From Asterias rubens (Eukaryota), in NCBI RefSeq assembly GCF_902459465.1, contig NC_047063.1:16988001-17052000 (forward strand): a stretch of DNA of 64,000 nucleotides, read 5' to 3'. Positions within the stretch are counted from its first letter, which is position 1. Each line of letters begins with the position of its first letter. The position numbers were made by a program, and so were the translations under genes. The notes beneath the pieces were generated by a model, which had not been told where the DNA came from, ran no database searches, and saw only the letters and a list, made by a program, of their open reading frames with translations. Shown here piece after piece: positions 49,801 to 63,568 of the stretch.

Positions 49801-52022
49801 CCTGGGTGAGTTTGTCATGTTTGTTTTAATAAATAAATAATACAAACAAACAAAATCATAGGTAAGAATTTTTGCTTTTTAAAATAACGGATTAAGGCCC
49901 TACCGACAGAAATGAGCCATTATTGTTCATCTCTCGTACTGCATGGTTCAGTTCGGTCACATGAGGGCGCTACACACACTTGCCAAAACAATTTCCTGTC
50001 AGAGAGATCACATAGACGACTAGACTAGAGCCAACTCGTCTCGACGATTCTTCAGCACTAAAAGACATGTAAGAAGGTGTGTGTCTCCCACCCAAAAGCT
50101 TGATCGTCCATCGATGAATAATTCTCACGCTTGATTTACCGAATTTTGACGGTACTGATGGCCCCATAATGAAAGTCACATAATATACAAGTTGACGGTG
50201 AGTACATACATGTTAAAATTTGATTATTTCAGGTTTTTACTTGTAACTTGGGTTTAATTTTTATTTGAATGTAAACAAATAATGGAGAAACAAATTTCAG
50301 TGACACTGCTTTCCACAATCAGCTGCAATGGAAGCGCAGTGCTACTGCAATGCTTAACATGAGCTTGGCATTGATCGAGAGGGTGGTCAATTAAGATGGA
50401 TTTGGCTTAAATATATCTTGTCCAAATTAATGTTATATTATTACAGAGTGTGGGTCGGGTACATCACAGATTTTATCTTGTGTAAATGAATACATTCAAT
50501 TCAACAACATTTATTTCCATTCCACAAAATATGTGTGCAAAAGTATCATACAAAATTATGATTTACATTAAAACAGAATAGACTAATGACACTAAATAAT
50601 AGTAGGGAAAGGGCAGAGTAGGTGAAATGTTGGCAATCCCCGGTAAGCGTTTGCTTGATTTGGGAATGCCATACAAATACAGAACAAGACAGAAAACGGA
50701 CACAAAAGACAAAAACACACAGACATACATGATGTAGGGACAGACAGACAACAAGTGAAAGCATCAATAAATAGTAAACTTGCGGTGTGTACAACCAACC
50801 ACTTGGAGGAAGAGTACAACCATCTTTTGAGTGATCTGAAAAGAGCCATGTGTTCTCGACGATTTGTACAGTATACTCAGGAGCTGCTTGTCTTCAAAGA
50901 TGAGTATACTGTACGAAACATTGACACCACGCCGGCACTTTACAGAGCCAACACTTCCACAAAAGAGAGTTACATTGTTATTCCCGCATATTTACCATTT
51001 ATTTATAGTTTCTTCCTATTTATACACACCATGCAAAGCTTTAAACAAAACTAACTGAAAAAATCATTGATAAAATATTTTGAATAAAAACTGACAAAAA
51101 ATAACCAGTAGACTGTCAATACATTGGAAACATAATGCACATCTAGCAACATCTCGCCCAATCATCATGAACCCAAATGCTTGTTTTAGACAACATGTTC
51201 GGCGCATTTCATTGATTTGCACAATCACAGGTTAGTAAATGATGAACATTTTACAGATTGAGCGCGCATTCCAGAATGCCAATTTCACAAACAAGTGGCG
51301 CAACCTGCAGATTGTGCAAAAATACATTACCTGTCCACCACATAAAGACAGCACTGCACTTAGTACACGGCTGTTTGGTTTACACTGATTGGTCGAGATT
51401 ATGCTTGGTAACGTAAGTGCCAGGCTCATAACATCAACCGGACGTGGGCATTACAGTAAATCTCTGTAAGTTTTTCTTTCCAAATATTTTTTTGATGACG
51501 GTCTAAATGAGTGTTCTGCCTACACTGCCTACACCACGATTTCTAAAAACTGTTGGGGCATTCTCATTTTTTCTGGATCAATAATTTTTGGAAGCTAAGC
51601 ACGCAGAATTGAAACAAGGTCATCTGAATGTATTTTACTTGGTGTATATTTGTTGGTTTGAAATTCCCTTCTGTTCAATCTGGAGCAGTCTAATTTGCTT
51701 TGAGGTTTATTGTGCATTTGATCTGAAGTAACAAAAAATAAAACAAACTTCGTTATTTAATTTTTTGTTCCCGTATTGGCTGTAATTTATTGTGCAGTAC
51801 TGTGGGGAGTACCCTGCCAAGTGCCTCTGAAACATGATGAAATAACATAGGGATGTAGCAATGTCTATTTTTTGCTTTGCGAAATCTCAGTGTAATGAAC
51901 GAACCCTCTTTCCTTCCTGAACTCTTTCCGTTTATCGTCATACTGCAGGCATGTGATGAGTCCAACCCAGAAGTAGAACAGTTTATCAGTGAGACATCAA
52001 ACAAGCCAAAGGAATCACTTAC

Positions 52023-52210
52023 AACGTAGAGTTTTACAACAAAGTGGATCGAGGACTGAAATCCACCGCGTTTTTATTACTTCCTCTTCAGCTGTGGATT
52101 TTTACTCGAAGGTTGAGTTTAACAGATGCTCAATTCTTCCTTCACTGAAGCGATTGACGTTTTTCTGTTCTTCGGAAACCTTTAGTAGTCATAGTGAGAA
52201 CTTAAAGTTT
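52023..52210 (-). other. Probable non-coding first exon on - strand (candidate 5' UTR exon of the secreted-protein gene)
   Basis: Minus-strand donor TT|gtaagt at 52022, head-to-head with the + exon; contains only a short uORF. The 5' boundary is approximate and the link to ATG 46886 is inferred. Confidence 0.35.
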
Positions 52211-52286
52211 TTGAGTGAGTGACGAGGGGTGAATCGGAGTGAATTCTTTTATGTGGAACTACTCAACGAGCGATTGATGAACCTGC

Positions 52287-52350
52287 ATGATGGCAAAGAC
52301 TGCTGGGATATTACATCAGAGATTTGTCCTCGGATTTGGATTTTGGCTCG
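52287..52350 (+). CDS. Probable first coding exon of a third gene (signal-peptide-like MMAKTAGILHQRFVLGFGFWL); downstream exons not found in the window
   Basis: ATGATG at 52287, 21 codons + 1 nt, strong phase-1 donor G|gtaagt at 52351. No convincing + strand continuation up to 64000. Confidence 0.45.
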
Positions 52351-55075
52351 GTAAGTTCAATTTTACTTTTTGTTTTTAAGATGAGACAATAGAATAAGCC
52401 GTTTGTGGTGTTTAAATTAAATGCAAAAAGAGTTTATAATGGCCTGACATTTCGACCCCAGTCAAGTTTTTCTCTATGGCTAAATGACAACAGAACACAT
52501 GACACATTTACACAGGTTAAGGTCAAACTTGTGATTCAAGGGAATACATTGTAGTGAACATATTTTGTTTTCTACATGAAGGCCCCTGTTCAAACCTTGT
52601 CAAGTTTTGTCTCGCTTGAACGACCGCCATTTTACAAGCATCTCTGATTAAGAGGTACAATGCCAGGCCTTGCTCTTAAAAGCAAACTGGGCTTACATGT
52701 AACTTGCCCCTAAGAAGTTTTAGTAGCCCTGATTTTAAAGGGAAGGTACATGTTTGGTAATTACTCAAATAATTAATATAACAAATATTAACTTAAAAAC
52801 TGACTTGGTTACGAGCATTGGAGAGCTGAGTGTTGATAGTATAAAACATTGTGGGAAACGACTCCCTCTGAAGTAATGTAGTTTTTGAGAAAGAGGTAAT
52901 TTCTCAATAAAATAATAAAAGACTTCTAGTAGCTGAATGTAGAAGTCTTTTATTCAACTCCCACAAGGGATTAAACACCAAGCTGGCAACAGCCAATCTC
53001 TCTCTCATACAAACATTGGTTTAAAGTCTATGACTATGAATTACACAAATCAAGAAATTGTAATTCAGTAACTAGACGACAATATTTATTCTAGTCATTG
53101 TGAAATCAGCGGTTAGCTGGGGGATTCAAACCCACAACCTTGTGATTGCAGGTCCTGCGTTCTAACCATTTGACCACGGTGACAGTTGTCACCGGTTGGC
53201 AATATTGAAAACTGAATGTAGAGGATTGGAATGAAATGTGACCTTTTTTAACAGAGCCTTGATCTAGATGGAGGTTACTGTGTATGAAGGCCAGCTCCTG
53301 ACTCTGGTATTTACTCATTTCTAAAGCATAGTGACCATGACACGCTTTAAAAGTGCAACCTTTTTTTATCTTGTTGTGAGGTTATAAAGTATGACCACAG
53401 TGTTTACCATCATACCCTACAATATTCATTTAGTTGTTAGGCATGGCAGTCTGTTTGACACAATCTGGGCCCAGTTTCATTTGAAAGCTTGTAGGCACAA
53501 AAATTTGCTTAGCATGAAATTTCTTCCTTGATAAAAACAGGCTTCCAACCAAATTTCCATTTGATTGCTTGTTACTGTAATACAGCTGTTGTTTGCTTAT
53601 AAATCCTAAAAGTCATAAGGAAATTTGGTTGGTTATCCTGTTTTTTTTTTCAAGGGAGAAATTTCATGCTAAGCAAATTTTCGTGCTTACAGGCTTTATG
53701 AAATTGGGCCCTGCTCTTTATATTCTACAACGTAACTGTGCTACTGTGCATTGTAAGGCTTTGTTCCTTTGGTTTATTTCCATTTGCTCAACTTGAAACA
53801 TACATAAAATAATAACAGTTGGGCCAAAAGGCCTGCTATAGTAAAGACAAATGTTATAAACAAGCTACAAATGGAGACCAGGGCCTAATTTTATAGCGCT
53901 GCTCAGCACAAACAATTTGCTTAGCATGAAATTTCTTCCTTGATGAAAACAGGATTACCAACCGAATTTCCACATGATTTTCAGGATTTAGCAAACAATA
54001 GCTGAATACCAGTAACAAGCAGTACGCAACAAATGGAAATTCGGTTGGTAATCCTGTTTTTATTAGAGAAGAAATTTCATGCTTTAGCAAATTTGTCTGC
54101 TTAGCAGCTGTATGAAATTGGTCCCTGTACATGGAGGTATCTAGAGGAGGTATTATACCTAACTCCCTCCGGTACCTAGACAGCTATTTTGTACATTAAA
54201 GGAACACGTTGCCTTGGATCGGTCGAGTTGGTCTTTGAAAAGCGTTTGTAACCGTTTGTTATAGAATGCTACATTGTAGGATTAGAAAGATATTTTTGAT
54301 AGAAAGATTAGAAAGATAGTCTTTATGTTAGAAGAAGGAACTACGTACATGTAACCAAGCTATGTCCGATGGACACATTGTACTAGTTGGTGTACAACTA
54401 ACTTGTGAAAGCCTGACACACAATGCATTCGTGGATATCTGGGTACTTTATCTTCAAGTACTGATTTTAATACTCAAATTCACACTGACAGGAGAAGTGC
54501 ACAAAATTATTAATGGCCTGATGTTGAAAGGAGAAGTAACTGACACAAATAATAAAACGGACATAAATTAATTAATGAAAACTCAAATTCACTTTCAATA
54601 TTGTAGTCCTAAATCAGTCTAAATGTTCTGATGTTCTGTTGTCCTCAAAAAGGGCAAAGGAAGTCATCTTGGCTGAAGTGCACAAAATTATTAATAGCTT
54701 GAAGTTCAAAGGAAAGTAACTGAATACAAGTAATAAAACTGACATTTTTAAAAATTAATTAATAAAAACTCAAATTCACTTTCAATAGGCTATAAATCAT
54801 AATTCGTTCTCTAAATGTTTGTTCTTTACCCTGAATATGACACTGACTTTCAGTGTGTATGGACCGGTTTGCATTGTGATGTCACATGCTCATCAGTGAC
54901 CTCACAAAGGTCAAAGTGAAGACATCTTGGCTGAGAGGTGTGCAGGGCATGATGACCATACAGGTGCACATTTTCATTGTTCAATGACCATCAATGTCGG
55001 TCTACATGGTCTGCAAGGATTATTTAGAACTTGATACTATAAGACTGCGTCCATCTGAATACTCAATTGCAGATG

Positions 55076-55250
55076 GCTGCAACTGTTGCTAAACCCTGTT
55101 GCCAAGGATGTTGTGATATGATACTTACAGCACAAGACAAAGCTCTGATCTAGCCATAGCCGCTGCAACTGTTACTAAATCCTGTTGCCAAGGATGTTGT
55201 GATATGATACTTACAGCACAAGACAAAGCTCTGATCTAGCCATAGCCGCT
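55076..55250. repeat. 86-bp tandem duplication
   Basis: GCTGCAACTG...CCATAGCCGCT starts at 55076 and again at 55162 with very few differences. Confidence 0.92.
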
Positions 55251-58200
55251 ACGGTTGCCCGCAACCTTATCCGCCAATTCAGACTTGGTGTTACTTTCAT
55301 TCTTTGGCAATTCAGTCAGGAAACATAATGTTTGTATTGTCAATAATGAAAGGAAAACCTGCTACGGGGGTACGTAAATAAATTCTTAGCTGTTGTTTTT
55401 GCTCTGTCTGAAACAAGCCTGGAACTGTGCAGTATACTATCGGCCCTTAACAATGTTATTTCTCCAATTGCCACAATAAATCTTGGTTGCGTCATTTAGG
55501 GAGTCGGTGTTACTGTGACAAATATGTTAAGCGACACTCTCACCATGGCCCCATTTCATTGAGCTGCTTTTAATGTTGTAAATATTGCTTTTTAAAAACA
55601 ATTTTCTGCTTTAAGCGAAAAGGACCAGGGTAGGCTACCAGTTACAAATTGAATATGTTATATTTTCGCTGGTAACGTTATCAATCAAATGATTTTGTGC
55701 GGAGCTGCTAGTGCTTCAAAAGCAAAGATGCAGTCTTTAGTGTGCCATTACACTCTCAAAATGGCGTTGGGCAGACATGTAGACCGTAGCTGCTGCACAG
55801 GAGACGTGCAAGGGGTTTATGTCTTCCCACATGATGTAGGCCTACTTACTAAATGTATGATACCCTTTTTCAAGGATGATCCACCAGCCTATGAGTCACT
55901 ATTAAACTACATGTAGTTTTAGTTCCCTCAGGGTTTCTCTCTAGTTTACTTTTGTTTCAACTTTCTGAAACTCAGTCCCGATTCTGATTAGATTTTAGTT
56001 ATTGACAAAAACAAAATTACGTAGGGGTTTCTGTATGTAGGCCCTTGAAGGAAGGCTTCAGTGATTTTTCAATTCTCAATTTGTAAGTGAAATGTTACCT
56101 GATATACACAGCGGTTCTAACCACTGTGTTCATGAGCTAATTATGAAAATATCCAAGTCTTAAGGTTCAGTGCTCAAAGCAGGCTCACTGCTCACTGAAA
56201 AGAAAATGCCTGGACGGCGCAATCGGCATAAAAAGGAGTAATTTACCAGAGACATCGCTAATGCTCAGTACATCATAGTTTGAAACCCCTACCATGTATT
56301 GTGTAAATGTTTGCCATGGCAACCTGTTAAATTTGATATTGAATGTCGAGATGAGCACTCATCAATCATTAAAATACAAGAAACGCATTTATAAGTATGA
56401 TGTGCATTACACCTACTTAAAATATTTGTCTGTGCTCGCACACTCTTCGTAATGCCTGCGAATTGTAATTGAGGCCTATAGTAATAATAGTGAGTGTGTT
56501 GGCCCTATATTTTGTTGATTGGATGTTTCATAATGCAATACTGTAAATTCTACATTTTGTTGGCCTGGGAAAGCCCCATGGTGCAATTTCACTCCTCACA
56601 CCTACTCACAACATACTTTTAAAGGAACACGTTGCCTTGGGCCGGCCGAGTTGGTCTTTTAAAAGCGTTTGTAACCGCTTGTTATAAAATGAATATGGTT
56701 GGAAAGATGTTTAAAAAGTAGAATACAATGATCCACACAAACATGCACAGTTTTCCTCTTACCTCATCGACTAGCACGGTCGGCCATTAATGGCCGACTG
56801 TGTTAGTTCGCAAAGCAAAAGGAAAACCACGCAATTTTGAGGCAAATTTGTGTGGATCATTGTATTCTACTTTTAAAACATCTTTCCAACCATATGCATT
56901 TTATAACAAACGGTTTCAAACGCTTTTGTTAGACCAACTCGTCCGATCCAAGGCAACGTGTTCCTTTAAATCTGGTCAACCCTTTTGATAAACTATGGCA
57001 TGCTGGGAATGGGGCATTGAGATGGAATACACCCAAGGGACTGATGGTGACAACATTCTCTGAGATTTTCTTATTATGGGCTGGCAAGACTGATATTACA
57101 TCAATGTTAAATGCTCACAATGTTAACATGTAGTGCCCATATCTGCATAAAAAATAGAATGCAAAAAAATAGTTAATGGGTCTGACGTTTCGAAGGCTAA
57201 ATGACTACACAACAATAGAATGCACGAAACGTAATGAACTGTGAAGTTTGACACTTTATAAATTAATTATTTACAAAACATGACTGCATATATTGGTAAA
57301 GGCAGTGCAAAGCGCCTTAATAAAATTTGGAGCATCGCAGCAGTGTACCATGTGGATGATTGCATGAAGACACCAACCTTGTCAACCATGACACAACATT
57401 GCCTCCTTTCTTCTGAATGAACAAACAGGATTTATTGTTTGTGAAATACGCTGAGAATTAAACGTCGAAAATCAACCCGTCCTATATTTATTTCCATACT
57501 GTACCGCGGTTGTGGGCAGTCCAATGTCGCAGCAATACCGTAAACAGGATGGCAAAAGTAAAGGACAAGCCTTTTTCACAAATGAAATTACAACTTACAA
57601 ATGTGTGAAAAATATTTTGTACATGTATTGTACAATACAGTGAACACTTTCCCTAGTACATTGTACATGAACCGGTATATAGTAAAATGCTGCACAAAAT
57701 GTATCAACTGCCAACTCAAAAATCCTCGTTTTGATCCACATTATCAGCATTCAGTAGGCACAAAGCATGTTCACTCTCCACTAGATATTTTGCTGTGAAA
57801 AAATTACTCAACAAAATCATTCCCCGTAAAAGCACCTTGAGTTTGTTTTATTTATTACACGGCAGTAAATGTTGGGCACCTAACTAATACGAGTGATGCA
57901 CTAAGGGGAATATGTAATATTGAGTGTTTCTAAATCGGTAAATCCCAACCACATAGGAAGGAAGTTTGAAAAGTAAATATGCATGAGGGGGCTCTGAAGG
58001 GACTTTACTGAATCCTATTTGAAGCTTACTGAGAGTTGTCAACATCCTGGATAGTGTTTCATTGCTGCTGTTGGAACTCGACAACCACAAATTGGCAATG
58101 GCGCTTACATTACTTTCCTCAGCATGCGGTGCCAGTGCAAGGCAATTATTCCTTGGTAAATTAAGGATACCTCTTCATGTGTTATTTGGGGAATACATAA

Positions 58201-60339
58201 TATGTAGATTATGTAGCACCTGACATCACATGTGTACAAAAAGAGCAACAGAACCTGGAATTCAGCAAAATGGAAGAAATCTTATATTGCACATCAGACT
58301 TTTGTTCTTGTTCTTCATATATGAAGAAGAATCGTAATGGCAACCACACCTGAGTATACTTACTCCAGATACTTAAAAAAAGATCCATCCCTTCAGATCA
58401 TTTCAGTGTTATGATACGGATGTGCACATGATCGGACGTGGACGGCCAGTGCCAGACATACATTACATCATTCTTTTCAGTTTTCCTTCCTGCTGCTTTT
58501 TTAGGATTTTGCAATTACTTCTATTAATGTATCATGTACCACCTCGATTAATGGAAGGCTACAGTACACCATAGAGAACTCTACTACGTAGAATTTAAAA
58601 CTTCCTCCTAAAAACATATAATTTGTTGTAATTCCGACCTAAGATGTTTATGTGCCCGGCCTGATAATACTTCACAGAGGCAATTGCCTCTGTTGCCCTT
58701 GTATTGGTCTTGGTACCTCTCTAGAATTTTCCCATTGACCGAAATGCACTTTTGCAAAATAAAAGCGACCATGCCCTCTCAAAGATAAAAACAATTCCAG
58801 GCTTGATCAGGGTTTGTTTTCAATGTTTTCAGTGAGTAGCAGGAGGACTTTGTAGTTAGCTTTGTAATGGGCCATATTTTTGACCGGGTGAGGGTGCTCT
58901 CAGTCATTTCCGGGGGTATATTCATTCATACCTAAAACAGTTATTAAATACTGGAACACATTACCACCCCAGATGTCTAATACGTCACGGACAATAACAC
59001 TTTTAAAGAAGCCGTTTTAATCCACCTCTAATGCAACTTTAAACTACAGTGCAACAAATGTGACAGAACGCCTATTAAAACTGTGCAGGACAGGACTAAT
59101 CACAACTATTGAGAGCTCACGCGGTCAAAAATTTGGCGCATTGCTGTTGTTCCACCACTACTCAGAGGCCTTTAGATGCTTTTCAACACTATTTGGTGAA
59201 ATGTCTTTGGTCCTCAGGTGTTTTAACAAGCATTTTGTCCAGCGGACCCCAGGAGAACACTGTGTCATTATCTTGTAACTAAATATTAAAACCGGAAACA
59301 AATCTTTGAACCATCTTCAAGCGCGCATTATCAGACATCTTCATTTTGTAACCTAAGATCAATCTTCAAGCAAGACGGCATTCTTGGTATTTGACTAACA
59401 GAAGGATATCAGTTTAATGCTCTTCAGTCACCTAACAGTGTGTGAACACCAGGGGCTGGATATTTGAATGAGCAATTACTTTTAGCGCTGTAACGTTACC
59501 TGGCAGAGGAATGTTGACTTTAGGTTGTTACTTACATCAAACTTGACATTGTACTTGTTTAGTAGTCCCATGAGCAACCCAGTACAAACCTGTCTGCCCC
59601 CCCCCCCAACCCCCTGCTCCTGGCATCAATTTAGAACTGTAACCAAAGCCTGCGAAGGAATGTTAAGTTGGAACGTAAAAGGCCTATCCAATGAATAAAT
59701 ATCAAGGTGTCTCAATGACATTATCTACGGTGGCCCAAATTTCACTCATTCCTAGAGAACTAACGCTGTCATTTGCGTTATTATCGCATATATTGCATTT
59801 AATGCCGTAGTATTGACTTCCACTGGATTTTATAGCATTTAGGCCTATATTGGCATACGTTGTGATATTTGCCAATTTGCATTCTGTTGCTATGCTAAAC
59901 CATTTCGTCAAAATAGCTTTACTTTGCATTATACATCGCTTTACTGTTGTAGTATTATCACATGATATTGCCTTCTTAAATAATGCCTTACAATATCGAT
60001 ATATTTCATAGCGTTATATTGCCGTATGGTATTACGTAATATCGCTGTATTTTTTTAACGTTAAATTGTCACACTATGAAACTCAATGCAACAGTAAGTA
60101 TATTGCAATAAATAGCAATTGTTCGCTGTAAAACAAAATACTAGGTTTTAACAAATATACCATTATTGTATCTGAGTGCTAGACCTTGAATGATTAGGCT
60201 CATTGCCACAACCCCCCCCCCCACAACACTCTTGTCCATCTTTTAAAATTAGATATAAAAGATGAAGTCCTAGTGCTACAACTCAACTGCTTCAATCATG
60301 CATCATTACATGTAATTTGTACTTCCCATGCACTACAAC

Positions 60340-60810
60340 ATTAACAAGTATAATTGTTATACCTCTGTGCAAATTGTGAAGTTTGATTGGTCGAGAACCA
60401 ATCATGTGACGCGCAACAAAAACGCATGTTACACGGCTCGCGACGCGCCGGGTAACATGAAAAATGATGTACACCAGGTGTACATCACCTTGATCGTTCC
60501 CAGCGTTGGTCGATTTCGCGCTGTGTACGAAACAACCGCGGGTTCGAGGAAGTTGTTTCTTGTTCGTCTGCTTATTAAACAATGAATAGTCCGCCGTAAT
60601 AATGTTTGAAGATGACAACAGAACTTCGAGAAGAGGAATAACAATTAAACAAAGGTATAACAAAACAATTGTTGCACGTTGTGACTGGGGTCCATGGGTT
60701 TTGTACACCCTCGAGGGAAAATGGCACCCTCGGCTTCGCCTCGGGTTCCATTTTCCCCCTCGGGTGTACAAAACGCCATGGACCCTGTCACAGCGTGCAA
60801 CAATTGTATA
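60340..60810. mobile_element. Non-autonomous hairpin element (Crypton-like, tentative)
   Basis: GATTGGTCGAG...CACGTG-like motif near one end and a ~140-bp imperfect palindrome at 60665-60807 centred on CTCGGCTTCGCCTCGG. Confidence 0.55.
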
Positions 60811-60875
60811 ATGTACACATATTGTGGTCATGTACCCCTTGAAAACCAAGACTATCAACAAAAGGGATCCAGGTG

Positions 60876-63568
60876 TTAGTTGACAGAGTGGAGATGTCTT
60901 TCCCTTTGCTCAGTAGCATCCTTCCCTTTGCTTTCTTGTACAAAACTATTGGAGAAATTGTTTTAAAAAGTCCAATCAATGGGAGAAACAAAAAATGCCC
61001 TTGATTGACCAGGTCAACAAACAGTGTTTTAAAATAAAGTACAGAGTCAAGTACAGTTATAAACACAGGGCTTGAATTTGGGGGGGGGGAAACAAGACTT
61101 CAGGGCTTGTTGTAGCATTACACTTTTACTTGACCCAAGCATTTGTTTTGCATTGGAATCAAAATAAGATGAACTCCATCTACACAATTTTACATTTGAC
61201 CTTTTTTTTTTATTAAAGCATTTAATTTCATCTTATTTTATTTGCCATCAAACATGAACAATCACATTAAAAAATTGCAAATCAAAAGATCTACAAGAAC
61301 ATGCAATACAATAATTTAGAAGAATGAAGAGGCTGACAACTATCTCATTTTTATTATACTCTATGGAATTGACTGATTTTTGTTTTTATCAGTTTAAATT
61401 AAAAATGCAGTGAGTAAGATGTTATTATTTAAAAACACAAGACCGCTGGACTTGTACACGGTCATTTATAAGCTTACTGACCAGATGCTAAAATATAATC
61501 TCTGTAATGGTACTTTTGCAATATTGGGTACATTACTTAAATGTTTATAAATTTATTTACATATTTTGTACATTGTAAATATTGGAGAGTATAGAATATG
61601 AAACGTGAGCATAAAATTGTTTTTTTTTTTTTTCTGTGTGCCAACTCATCTCGTAACATTTCCAACCCAACACAGAGTCCGCACACATAAATATGCACAG
61701 GCTCTGGGAAGGTACGAACTGTAGAATTGTGTAATTGAGTTCCCAGTGATTAATGATAACATTTTGCCTGGGTGTCTAGCAAAGAACCTCCTGGGATTTT
61801 TGCCTCTCGTGCTTCACCGGATGGGCTGCCCAGAATTCGCTACCAAATACTCCCCAGTTGCTCTTTTTGGCCTAGAGGCAATTTGTACGATCAAATTCAC
61901 TGCGGGCATTTCAGTAAATTAAAACCCTAGAATCTTTAACAACTGTATTCAAAGACATTTTGGACCATCTGAATAAATTTGATCAAGCTTGTCGCTTTCT
62001 TTAATTTTTGTCACTGGGGTCTGTGTACAAATAATTTAGCTGTAATTTAAGTCGACGATTAAGATACGTACACTGTCTAATGCAATTGATCAATTTCGAC
62101 ATGTTCAAGATTTGTTATTATGCTGATTACTGTATGTAGTCATACCATACTCTGTGATGACAGCGATGGGCCATAAAGCAATCGCACAATAATATTGTCC
62201 AAAGGCCCACACTTCGTGTATCACAACTTATATAAAATAACAAACCTGTGAAAATTTAGGCTTAATCAGAAAATAACGAGAAAACCCACCCTTCTTTCTG
62301 CACATTTCATGGAATAATATTTCAAGGGAAGTCTTTCACCATTACCTTCTATAAACCCTGTAAGTTATTTGTAAATCTGTGAACTTTTAATTATTGCTCT
62401 GTTCAGAAAGTGTCCAATGGCTTTAAGGAAATCATGGCTTCAGCTTGGGCCCAAGCTCTTAATCTGGAGGTTGTTGGTTCAAATCATGTTCTAGTCAATT
62501 TTGCTTTGTTCAACCCTGAATCATGTAAAAAATGTAACTATTATGTTTTCCTTGTGGGTCGTTTTTTGGTCAGTAAAAGCTCATCGTTCTCAAATTTATA
62601 AAAAATATTTGCTATGTACAGTGTATTTACTTTCAAGTCAAATCGACCAAAAGGTAAACCCGGCATCTTTAATTCATGTTCTTGTATGCAGACTCACATA
62701 TGCCACCAACAGCAACACAGAAAACACGCAAACACACTTGAATAGAAAATTAGTAGAATTTGTTTTCTTCCTTTTCTTAATTCTCTGATCAGCTGCTCTG
62801 TTATGAGAATATTCTTACAAACAAACATGCACAAAGCTCCTAGAGAGCTCTTCGTACATGGACTTTGCTGTCATTGAATGAACTGTGCAGGTCTTGTGCA
62901 TATCAAATGAAGAGGATATTGGTTTTCTGTGAACAGAAACCAAATCTGCATTTTAAATTATATTTAAAATGCAACATTCTTGAAAACTACCAATAGCAAT
63001 TTGTTATGAAATGAATTGTTTACATAATACAAATAATTTGTGGGAATTAACATTGAAATAAAATTACAATGTAAAGCTTGGGATAAGGATGTGTGTTTCT
63101 TAGAAACCCTATTTGACAATCACGCATGAAGTTGTATTTAACCATTCCAGGGCCATTTCCTTTACCTCGGCTAGGGCTCTGGCTTACGTCATCAATCTAA
63201 GACCAGTGTGCATTTTGTGTGGTGTTTCCAACGTCAAATGAAGCCTGGAAGTGTAGCCTAAGCCAAGGTTTGGTAAAAGCCCTTGGTTTGATGACATCAA
63301 GAACATCAGTTGAGCAGAATTCTAAATTGTTTTGCATGTCGTGAACCGGAATTGAGGTCAAGTCTTTTTTACAGTTTTCTTTCTTTTTTTTACTTTCACA
63401 TACTTTAGGTAAAAACTTCTACTTTTCCAACAATGTAATATAATTCGTCTATAGATATTTAAGCCTTTTAACAATGAGTATGTAACTAAAGTGTTTGAAA
63501 GAAACGGCAGACATGTTAAACTTACTCATCTTGGTTCGGGACCAACTTGGTCCTGGACCAACTCTGTC
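60876..63568 (-). CDS. Tentative small 4-exon gene (~79 aa)
   Basis: Candidate exons 63568-63526 (gtaagt), 62945-62819 (gtaaga), 62736-62698 (gtgagt) and 60945-60876 (TAA) are phase-compatible. No recognisable family, and the splice sites were chosen post hoc. Confidence 0.3.

Noticed and set aside
50755-51054. 99-aa + strand ORF
   Set aside because: No splice signals or homology, with an AT-rich tail; only the internal hairpin was kept as an observation.
57884-58240. Stop-free stretches on both strands (e.g. + LLRVVNILDSVSLLLLELD...)
   Set aside because: Phase does not match the 52350 donor, the acceptors are weak and there is no recognisable homology.
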